Assembly: GCA_965637545.1 (NCBI GenBank)
Contig: OZ281494.1
Coordinates: 6,200,001-6,264,000 of the forward strand
Source: Phallusia mammillata
Taxonomy: Eukaryota
Reading direction: 5' to 3'
Length of the DNA stretch: 64,000 bases
In this document: piece after piece, positions 11,485-23,000 of the stretch
How positions within the stretch are numbered: position 1 is the stretch's first letter
Layout: each line of letters opens with the position of its first letter
Position numbers and translations under genes: made by a program
The notes under the pieces: generated by a model
Seen by the model: only the letters and a program-made list of their open reading frames with translations
Databases searched by the model: none
Told to the model about the DNA's origin: nothing

Positions 11485-13355
11485 TGGCCAGTTTGATCAT
11501 GTTGTAGTAAGTGAATCTCAACATTTGGTGTTCTTTATCCCATATTGAACAAGCCTAGTCCGGTATTACTCTTTTTATCTTTTGCCGATCACCTAAATTT
11601 ACTTCCCGCAACAAAAACAATTTATGGTAACATTATTATTTTAAAATGAATATTTCTTACGACATTCTTAGGAATGATGCTTAAGTACAATATAGTTTCA
11701 TACTATATTGAAATCAACCACTAGTTTGGGTAAAATGGAACATTAAAACGTGCAATAGAACAGACATAATACTGTTGAGTTTTTCTGCATTGGTCTTGTC
11801 ATTTAACAGTGTGTATCGATGTGACCTCAAATGAGTTTGTTGACTAATAGGACAGTGGTTTATGAAAGAGTGGTAGTTCAGTTTTTTGAAACCAAAAGGA
11901 ACCTTTGAAATGCCCGTTTGTGAAACTTTACTCTTAAAATCATCCCTCAGGTCTCTTGGAAGTCCGCAAACTCCAGATTAAAACGACTGCCATAATGCAT
12001 AAGTTATAAGCTTAAAACCAACAAGTACGTTTAAACAGTTGCTTACATAACTGAGTTAAGGTGACATTAACATGACAAAATGCATAAGTTCTTTTCAACG
12101 AAATTTGTTTTCGAGCATAGTTTCGCATTGACGTAACTAATAGCTGTTTCCTTTTCCCAAGTATCCCAGGACGTAGAACTCTTAGATCGATAATAACTTG
12201 ATGGGACGTTTTTACATGCCCCCAAATTGAATGAGATATGCCTGAAGTTACTTAGTGCGCGAGCTCACATCAGCTAATTGAATGATCACCGACGTAAGTT
12301 TGGATAAAGAAAGTAGGTAAAGCTAATAACACCATAACCCACATCCTACCAACTTTGTAAAAAAACGATAGATGGCGTCAAGAACACCTGTGCGAAATAA
12401 CAGATGGTTTATTTGAAATCTACCCCAACCTCAAAAGCCTCATAACCGTTTTTAAATTGGCTCTAGTTCAGTTTATGCCACTTGCAAAAAAGTGATGTCA
12501 TATTTTGGAAAAACATTGGGGGATTACCCATGATCTAAACACTCGTGGTTTTGTAAAGGGGCTGCAAAACAAGTCAACTTCGGTGGGTTAAACCACAGCT
12601 CGTATACCAGTTTTGCAATATCGATTAAAGTAATTTACCCGCTGTGCATTTTAAGACTAACTCGATAGCTGACTTTATGATCGTATGAGATAAGACGGTG
12701 TCATGCTCATTTGCATTTAAGCAACCAACCCAAATACAGAAAATGCTAGAATTTGTTCACTATTTTATTTTCTAGGAAGTTTCCATAAAATGCAACATAA
12801 TTTATATGGACACATTTATTTCACAATATATATATATAACTTGTGTCAAAAACTGTACCTGAAAAAATTAAATAATTTATTTAAAAGGCAGACTTCGTCA
12901 GTAAACGTTAACAGAATATTATTCAAGTAATTAACTTTAAATTCAAACAAATATTTTAAACATTTAAGGTTTTGGCCATACCGTTTCAAAACAATCTCCG
13001 TGCCCGTCTTTTCGGTCAAATACATGTGGTTCCGGTTAATACTTAATAGTAAACTACTTACTAAAATTGCATCACTCCTAAAAACAAATAAAGGATTTTT
13101 AATACGACAACTTTCAATCATTGAGACAAATTGCCCGGAGTTCACCAGAAAAAAACCGTTGACATTCATTAACTGCGCGTTAACGTCTAAAAGCGTTTGA
13201 ATCTTTCAATTATGCGCAATACAAATGTGGCGATCGAATAAGCGCTTTTAGAACCAATTACAGGAAATTTAGTTCTTTAATTCTCCTTTAATGGATAAAC
13301 CGCTTTATCTCAATTTGTTTTTCTTAATGAAATGTTTTTGTGTTTATTCCGGCAG

Positions 13356-14982
13356 GACTTCTTCCGTTAAAAAATGTTCAAACGTTATTAAACAATACCC
13401 GATACTTATACTCCACCCAACTCTTGGGTGCTGGTATTGAAAAAAAATATCAAAACTGTTTTTGCATACTAAGCTTACACACAAAAGAGAAAACATTCAT
13501 GGTGAGCTCTGGTGCTCTATCAAGTGGTTAGTAGCATTATGACATACGCACCGCATCGTTTTTCCTATCTCAATTCCATATTATATGTGCTTACTTTTTA
13601 AAGTAAAACTCTTACCAAGGTGTTCGTTTTTTCAACTGTACCAAAACATGATAGGCTGCAGACTGTTGCGCTGTTTCGACAAAAAATATTTCATCATTGC
13701 ATTTGGTTACGAGGGATTGAGCTAATGTAGCGATCTCTTGTCACCAGCGGCACTGATAAAACCTCACAGGTCAAAACAGTGTGCACTGTCGGCAGCTTAT
13801 TATGTATTATTTTAATGCTTTTTTATTATCAAAACATGTTTTTACCTTCAGAGTTTACCGCCTCCCTCGCAAATTGTTTCCTCTCCCGCTTTCAACTCGT
13901 ATTCGTTTCCAACAAACCACATCAGAGAAACGTGTTTACACGACTACGCACAGCACGATGATTATCTCCGGGAGCATCCGACGCAAGATTCTTTTCAGGT
14001 AAACGATTTTGCCCAAGATAAGACTTTATAAGTAATACAATCTACTTTGTGTAGTTATCGATATGTTATGCTTCTGTCGTTTTATAAAATGTATAGATAC
14101 TGCACAGTCTATAGACAAATTTAAACGAACGTTCACATTTACATGTATATGTGGAGATCGTGCATTCATAAAAAAGTTAGGGGACTTTGCTTTTTCACTC
14201 GTCACAAGTCAATTGAAATAAATGCACATCATTAAACACTCCATAAATTATTCAATACTTTTGCCCAAATGCACATTTGCAAACGTGCAAGATATACCTA
14301 GAACAGTGGTTCTCAACCTTTTTTCTTTCGTGGCCCACTTTCATTGCAAAAACATTCTGTGGCCCAGTAAATTTTTTCAATAGAAAGAAAACAACTATAA
14401 AATAGGTTCAGAACAAAAACATTCCTTCTCAATTCCTCCCCAAGCTATTATTCTGAAAAAATTCTATTTGGTTGGTCTGTGGCCCAATCAAAATGCTTCC
14501 ATGGCCCACTGGTTGAGAACCACTGACCTAGAAGCTGCGTGAGCCCACAAAGGAGTGGATTTGTTGTGGTTTTAATTCAAACGCATGGCTAATGTTTGGA
14601 CAAAAAGCAGTTTTTTGCAACCCAAACTCGCTATAGCAGGGTTTAAAAAAATATTTTTGATTTTGTTGCATATTTATGTAAGTATTTAGGAACATTATGC
14701 ACGGACTTGAAAAGTAGTTTAATCATAAACATTACTGCCAAGGTAGTGGTGTATATAGAATACATCGTGTAGACGTTTCGACAATCTCTGTTGTCATCAT
14801 CAGTACATGTTGTCGAAACGTCTACACGATGTATTCTATATACACCACTACCTTGGCAGTAATGTTTATGATTATGTAAGTATTTTTATCCAACTTTTTA
14901 GGTTCACTCATTCAGAGCGGACAGCTTTCCATCCTTAGCAGTGCCAAACTTTTCTTCAACGTATCACTTCACACCTGTGTGA
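13356..14982 (+). CDS. Putative orphan gene, 3' exons
   Basis: Phase-consistent exons 13356-13501, 13852-13998, 14902-14982 with canonical AG/GT (..KEKTFM|SLPPPSQ..HPTQDSFQ|VHSFRADSF..YHFTPV*). Start exon not found; no family recognised. Confidence 0.4.
14304..14525. mobile_element. Charlie-like hAT MITE (222 bp)
   Basis: TIR CAGTGGTTCTCAACC / GGTTGAGAACCACTG; perfect TSD ACCTAGAA at 14296-14303 and 14526-14533; four TGGCCCA motifs. Confidence 0.93.
14720..14874. repeat. Perfect 65-bp inverted repeat with a 25-nt spacer
   Basis: 14720-14784 is the exact reverse complement of 14810-14874, checked base by base. Confidence 0.95.
14768..14807 (-). ncRNA. Minimal type I hammerhead ribozyme (Penelope-like element / retrozyme style)
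   Basis: Minus strand reads UGUA-CUGAUGA-U-GACAA-cagaga-UUGUC-GAAA-CG-UC-UACA: both core motifs, a 5-bp stem II, a 4-bp stem I and a palindromic ACGU stem III. Predicted cleavage after GUC, between 14772 and 14771. Confidence 0.75.
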
Positions 14983-16316
14983 CCCGGATTAACAATTTAC
15001 TCTGTCACGTGACTTTCAGCGAACCGCAAAAAATAATGGAACGGGAAAAAGCTGAGATCGATCCATACCAAAACTTTCTGGTTAAATGCACAAAGCTGGA
15101 TCGAAGACACTACTTTTCTACGCATCAACGTGTGTCGTACACAAACATTTAAAGGTGCAACAACTACTGCTTTACAAGCACACTTACCAACCAAATTTAT
15201 AAAGGATAACATCGCTGCAGTTATGAGAATTCATGGTTGAGTTCAATTGTATTTACTTTTACGTGGGAATAAAAATTATAACAACATAGCTTCAGTAAAA
15301 TATACGAAAGATATGATCTGGTCATTTGCATTTGGTAAGTGAAATATGTTTCAATTTACAAAACAAACTTTTTTGGTTGTTGGTTTACGCACTTTTTTCA
15401 TACTATGAGTGTTTTATGACCAGCTTTTCTTGTCTTGTACAAATACATACATGACATTAAATTGTTACATACGATTTTGTCTGAATAAGTGCCAAGCAGA
15501 ACGCCCTTTTGACAGTCAAATATAGCCAATCAAAGCGCCTGAAGAGTAATCAAAACTTTGTGTACAAGTTAGATTTACAAAAAAAAAAACATTTTAATTG
15601 TGAAGACTAAACCGACTAGCAATGCATTACAGCTGCCCAAAAACTTTGGCAAAAACAACATCAACATCTTTTGTAATATATTGGCTGATCGTCTGCTATA
15701 AACAGTGGTTATTTATACTCCAACTCCTGGCCTAGAAATTACATACAACGTTCGCACTACACTTGTTAGGAAATCACACTGACATTCTACGAGGCAATTT
15801 AATAAACTGGAGAAAGACTGATCTGTCATTTCATGCAACAAACAGTCAGTTTGGAATGTTTATTGTTTTATTAAATGTGACGTAACAATAAGATTGTTAC
15901 GTTTACTATGGACACAAATGTAAACACAACGATTGGTGAAAACAAGGTAACATTCTGAGTGAATATTTTGAAGTTGCTAAAAGAAAAACAAACAAACAGT
16001 TTCGTAGGCAGAACAAAAGATAAATGACCAGCACTTGTATGAGTTTTCTGAGGCTATTGAGAGACCACTTTTGTTCAATAATCAAATTTAGGTATCAAAA
16101 CCACTGGATAAGATGCTGTCATTTTATTTGCATCACAAATGATAAATTTAATAAAAGTTTCAACATATTGCGTTGACCAGAAAAAGAAACCACTTTCCGC
16201 ATTCAGTTTTTTCATGATAGGTAAACCACCGTGGGTTAAGTCCCTAAATACATTGTTCAAAAATCCGGCTCTTTTTTCACAGATTGGCCATCCATAACCG
16301 AACGATTGCCATAAAG

Positions 16317-16903
16317 CAGTGGTTCCCAAACTATGGTACGCGTACCACTAGTGGTACGCGAAGGTCTCCAAGGTGGTACGCGAGGAACTTATTCAGTTCA
16401 CACCAAACGATCGCAAATGATCTTCTAGTGATTATCGTAATTATTTTAATTTACACAAGTTACGTAGAGCGTGAAATTTCATACTACATTCCCTACTAAA
16501 TTCTAATTCCTTGGTGTATTGACGCATCGAACTGTAAAGCAGGGTTTCTTTGTGACGAAATAGGTGTATTATGACGTTATGAAACTGTTATTAAGACGTA
16601 ATAAATCCTTAAAGTCAGATTTTGTAATAAGCTACTAGTTGTGTTGACAGTGGCACTGTAGCGAGGGTGGTAAAAGTTTGACTAATTTTTGTTTTATATT
16701 TACGAGCTTTTGGTTACTAAAGGCTAAAGTTACTAAGGTAAAGTTAGTTAGTAAAGTTTAGTAGTATTTTTATTCATTAAACATTTTGCCCATCATTTTT
16801 TGTTAGTGAATTCTGAAATTTTTGACAATTATTGTAGGTGGTACGAGAACGCTGCATGAACCCAAAAAATGGTACGCGAGTAGATAAACTTTGGGAACCA
16901 CTG
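16317..16903. mobile_element. Charlie-like hAT MITE (587 bp)
   Basis: TIR CAGTGGTTCCCAAA / TTTGGGAACCACTG; perfect TSD CCATAAAG at 16309-16316 and 16904-16911; GGTACGCG subterminal repeats. Confidence 0.93.
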
Positions 16904-17053
16904 CCATAAAGGGTTTAGCAAACATTGTAAGTAGGTGGGTTTTGGGACTTGAACCGGTTAATGTTGCACAATTGGCCAAGTTGGTTTTGTTTTAGCTTTA
17001 ATGTTTGCTATTGTGAGCCTGTGAGACCTTTCGGTCGCATCTAGTGTGGAAAA

Positions 17054-20000
17054 ATGTCTCTGCGAACAAGAATTAATGGATTTACTGCATGGGCGAACTT
17101 GCGTTTGGTTCCATACGATTCTTTGCTTAACAATGTGTTGTTGGATTTGACCAAAGGAAACCATGTCCAGCAACTTTTGCACAGTAAGTTTTTGATGGTA
17201 AGCCTTTGTGCAACCATTTCAAAACTATATAAATAACTACTGCAAATATTTTTCGAAGTTTAGTTGTTTGATGGAATAGTTTCATCAGTACATATACAAA
17301 TTATGTTAATTTAGTAATTTATAAAAAAAATACAATGAAAAAGTGTAGACAACCTGCTAAAATTTGCCTTTCTCAATACAACTTTTTGTCATTAAAAAAC
17401 CTAACTTGTCTAAGTTATAGTAAAAAGTTATGTACATTTATTTAGGTATGACTGGAAAGACTTTGAAAAAGCTTCAATCATTCGAGGGCCTCACACAAGC
17501 TCAAAAGGTCACTCGCATTGAGTGGTTTGTTGAGGAGTTGAAGAAATCTGATGTGGTTCCTGATGATGTGAAAGTTGACTGCAGAATGTTTGCAATGAAA
17601 TCAGCTGATCATGTAAGAATTGATTGCTATCATCTGCCAAACATATATCAACATTATAATACATTACAAACAAGCCTAAAGTAGGGATTCTGGCTAATAT
17701 CTGCAAAACAATGCATGACATTGTAACTGCCTTGAAGATGCTCTTTGCAAGTTAATGGAACTGTACACAACCATAAAACAAAAAAATGTATAGCAGCTGC
17801 ACTTGGTGTATAGGTTGTGTAGACTTGTGACAATAAAAATGATGGCATTTTTATAAAAATAACTTTGCACATTGATTTTGCTCTCATTGTGCTAAACATA
17901 CATTTATACTGGTTAAGCTATTATATTGGCTTGCAGGTTTTTCATTTGCTGTGGCGACTAGTTGCTTATGACATTTGGTTTACCTGGGAAAGAATGGAAT
18001 TCTTGCAACAAGACAATGATGAAAACTTGTCAGAAATTCCATTTCGGGTAAGCTGTCTAGCCATCTTGCTTGGCCTTTAAAGACTTGAATCACCAGAATA
18101 GTGATACATAAAATGAGTTTATTTTGTATTCTATGTATTGGTCTGTATGATTTATGATACTGAAAATCAATGGTAAATAATAGTACAGCAACACTACCTT
18201 GGTGTCACAGAATGTTTTTCATTTTCCTGTGAACAATTATATTATTTTGTGGATAAATTAATTACCTTGTGACTTAGTGGACGCCTGAACCTCCACCAAA
18301 GAAGAAAAAGCGCCGAGTTATTCGTACCTCAGATACAATGATGTCAGGATTTGGATCTTCTTCACAAGTTGTGCAAGATGCAACACCTTCACCAGAACCT
18401 GAAGGTACAAAAAATGAATAATGTTTGTTTTGTAGTAATATTTGCTATTCTGCAAAATAACAGAAAAGTTGATGTACAACAGAGTTAGTTTTCCAGATTT
18501 TTACTATTTTATTTTTACCATTTTACAGAAAATTGCAAAAATAATCTTGCAGTTTTAACCGTTAAATTTTGTAGGTTTTGAACAGTTTATTGGGGCCGAT
18601 CGTATGAAAGCAGCAAAGCCCCATCGACCAAAGGGGGGTTGGTATAGTTACCCCTCCCCTGATGAATGTATACTTGAAATGATCAATTCTCAACTTCAGG
18701 TGATACACAAACCATGTGGCGTTTACAAGATTAAAAAATGTTGCTGTTTTAAGCAGCAAGAAATCATTTATATCTGGGACAGTTTATAAGGGACAATTAT
18801 TTATACATATTGGTTGGTTTTTTTGGACATTATGTATACAATTCAAGAATAACAAAGAACGTATGTTTTAAACATGCAAATATATGAGCTATTTCAAAAT
18901 GTAGAAAACTTTACATGAAATCCTTTTAGTAACAGCCATTAGTTTGTGGAACAAATGCTAAGACCTAAGTTTGCAATGTCAATAAGGTTATCACGATAAA
19001 AGCTTTGTGTTGTGAGACACAGATTTCCTGAATAGAGAAGGACTTCTGCTATTGTCACCTTCCATTAAATGGCCCTTTTGTTACCACACATGCTCCCCAC
19101 CTATTGTTCCATCCCTTTAAACGAGTCAAATTTCAATGTAATGTGTCACACATGTGTTTCGTCATCCTGTAGTACTTGTTGCATGTTTGATCAATTGTTT
19201 TATTTTGTAATGAAATATTACACTAAAATTTTCTTTTGGTTTGGTATGTATTTATTGTTAGTTTAAAGAAATTTACCCACATTTTGATCATAAGAGTTTT
19301 ATTATTATTTTACAGCACAGTAAAGTAGTAAAGGCCACAAAGTTTTGTAGACTTTTCTAATACATAGTAGATAGTACATTCCTATAACAAATACATGGCC
19401 ATGAACATCATGTTTTCTCTATTTTGTATATTGCAGCTAGTGTCTGAGGGTCACAAATTTACTGTATACAGTCTTGATGATCTTGTTGACAGTCGTGCAC
19501 TTTGTGGTTTGATCAATTCATTTATCCCTGGCACTTTCACAACAGAAGTTATGCTGAATGACAGGTTTGTCGTCTTTGCTTCTTTATATAGTTTACAATG
19601 AGCACAAGCTAAATGCATCTGGTCTATGGGGTCAGTACATAAGAAGGCTTACATGGATTTGTGATTACTTTGACATAACGACATTATGCACCAATACCCT
19701 CTCAAAAGGTGCACACTAAATATAAATTTCAGCAAAAGATCAAAAAGACCTGTTAAATTATTAAATGTGCCTGTAAAATTATTTATGATTGAAAAGACTC
19801 TTTAAAACCAAAAGCACATTGTAGCAGCACAATTCGTTGAATTGATTTGGCTACCAAGATTAAAATGCATCACAAAAAAATCTCATTAAGGTATGCTGCA
19901 AAGTGAACAACTCACTTGCTCCATCCAGTAGTTTAAATTATTCGGTGTTTTCTTCACTTGTGTGCAGATGGACAATCAACCTTGCATTGGAAACTGCAGG

Positions 20001-23000
20001 AAAGATGTTGTATGCGTCCAATCCAATGGGGTCAGGTGACCTATCTGAGGCAGACCCAAAGTCAATTTGCTCTTATCTGTGTTTCTTCTTCATGAGTTGC
20101 TACAAATTGAAACAATCAAAAGCTGTGATAAACAGATTGGTAAGTTTGTGGGATGTTTTCAAAGTATTGGCCCAAAAGATAGTGTTGCGCCTTATGCTGT
20201 CGTGTTAAACCTAAAGTTTAGACTTACAAATATCAGCTAGTAGATGAGTTTCATTTATTCCACATGATAGCCATAAGGACGCACATGAGTTCTATTTTAT
20301 ATCTCAAGTTGCCTATCCTGAAGTAAAGTACAACGCCACAGAGGCATTTACTCGAGAGAAGAAGTTCTCAGTTACACTTGACTTGGCACCGATAATGCGG
20401 CTAAGTTAGCAGTTCTTGTGAAGCATAAAACATTACATGGAAACAAAATCGTGTGTTAAAGACGTTTACAAGACCATTTACCTAGCAATGCTGATTGGAC
20501 AAATGCGCTTTATCTACATAACCGAATACAACGGGATGAGGGTTCTGAGTGTTTGTGATTTTTGTGGTTATTTGTGTGAGTTCTTGTTGCTTAATTTAAA
20601 TGTTCTTTTGACTCCTATACTGTGTTATGTCATAAAATGATGTAACAGCTAGCTACAAACTCGTAGAGGAAAACACTCTGTGCTGTTGTTTTTTAATCAT
20701 TACCGACAACTTTTAGTGTATTTTTTTATACAAAGCAATTTTTATACAATTTTTTTTTTATACAAAGCGATCAGGGTAAGTATTGGTGAAATCATGGATT
20801 TTTTAATTTACCTAGTTTAACTTCTATTTGTACAGAAAGAATTGATTCTGCTCATTCAGGAAGTGTCTGGGGAGCTAGCAAAACTCCCTGAACATCTTGA
20901 AAGTATGCAAGATCTGAAGTTTAAGAAACAATTGCAGGAGCAACTTGATGAATATTACCAAGGTTTGGGTACCAAGTAGACTGTTTAGCAAAGTTTTCTG
21001 CTCAAAGGGTAAATGGGCAATTCCCTAGCTTTTAAGCAATGTAATAAATATAGAAACTTATTGGGGATGTAAGGTCTTTTTGGTTTTGGCCAGAAACTTT
21101 AATCAAAAAAGAATTAGTACATCACTCATAACTATTTGATGTTTTCTGACAGGATGTTATCAATTTAAATTCTTTACAGAGCAGAGCAATTTGAAAGAAG
21201 CATATGACATTGAATACATCAACTTCTGGTTGAAACACATCAAACAAGTTCAGGAAGAAACAAGAAAAGTTATTGCACAAAAGATGATGGAGAGATTTGA
21301 CCTTGTACAAGTTCCAAGGTCAAAAATTTGTTCTGCTTTCGTTTTTTGTAATGGTTTGATTAATTATCTTTTTGTTATGACACTTTAGAGTCAAATTATC
21401 AAGTATGGTGAATAGAACAGCAAACACCAATATACTGTATCAACAAAATATTCATGGTGATGGTTTTATATTGCTGTAAACCTAAGCTTTGCAGCTTATA
21501 GTAAATATTGAGCAAATCGCCCTTTTCAGTTTGTATTACGTGTTGCCTTAGTTCTAAAGTAAACTATGTAAGGGATTAGTTTAGCAACTAGCATTATACT
21601 GAAGAACATGTTTTATAATTTTAAAGGAATATGACAATTAATGACCTCTGCATGTCGGTTGCTGTCAATCTTCAACTGACACAAGGATCTGGCTTTTATC
21701 GAGCTTATGAGAAGGAAACTTGCAATCCTGATCGCAGAATCGTTCTCAGGGTCAAAAAAACTAAACAATTCCTGGATGATTTTACTGGTTAGTAAAATTT
21801 GTGAAGAAGTTGTATATGTTACTGATGTCACAATCTTCCAATAAAACAATCATGAGAAACAGGTCTGTCTATGCCTAACATGGTCCAAGCCCTTTTGTCT
21901 GACATGGTTGTGTGTTGACTATTTTGAATACCAGCATACAACACATTCTAAATGCTATCTTTTCTTGTGTTTGTACCAAACAAAATTTAACTTACCTTAA
22001 TTTTTGCATGTTGTTTACTTCCATGATATTTTGTTGAAATCAAAATTTTGTTAATTTAGGTGTTGAGGGTTCTCGGAACATTAGGGACTTGTTGGGGATT
22101 CCCCAGGGTGAAGTATATGTTCTTGAGCCAGCACTCTACCCTGAATATGAGGTTTGAACATTTTTGTTTCATTTTTAAGTTACATTTTGTTGTTTCATGT
22201 CACCAAAAAATATGTTTAGATCAATATTATGTAAATCGATCACTTTTAGATTTTGGTTTTGGGTGTTGAACTGGTATTTAATAAACATGTGTTTTGCAGT
22301 TTTACTTGGAAAGCATGTCAAGAAACAAAACACTGAAAACCAACTCAACGTAAGTTTAAGTTTCTATATCTTTTTATCAGACAAACCACTAAGACAGCTA
22401 TGCTTAGTCTGTGCCTCTTTTAGCCTAGCTATTGCATTTATTCTTACATTTGACTTCTAAAAGCAGTTTTACTAACTTCCTGTCCATTCAATACTTGCCA
22501 ACAGTAATCATCAAAAGACAATAAATTATGATAGCTGTAAATGCCAACCTTGCATGTATGTAACACATTGTGCCTGTTCTGCATGTTTGCTATATTTATT
22601 GGCAAAACCTCAGAGTAAACCTGCAGAATCCAATAACTTTTCTTTCCAAACAAACTTCAAGTGGTACTTGACATAAGAAGCTCCCAGTATTGACTTGACA
22701 TCTAGCACTTGAAAAAAATGTGGACCTTAGCTAACCCACACACAATACAATATAGTAAGCCCCGAAGTTTCCACCAGCCATTGTTGATAGATTGACATGA
22801 CAGAATTCCTTGTGTTTGTGGAGGTGAATAACAAGTGTTTTGATGAGAAACAGTTGTTCGTCTATCAGCTTTGTTGACTTTACAGACAAGCATGGGCTTC
22901 TTTATGTGGAGTTGTACCAGTTTTATGTGTCAGTGGAAGTCAGATGAAGTTGTAACAAGACTATTTTTTTTCACATGTGCTTTTATTTGAAAAGTTTTAA

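Noticed and set aside
16075-16960. Minus-strand ORF that extends across the 16317-16903 MITE when the MITE is removed
   Set aside because: No early ATG, splice support or recognisable motif; likely chance.
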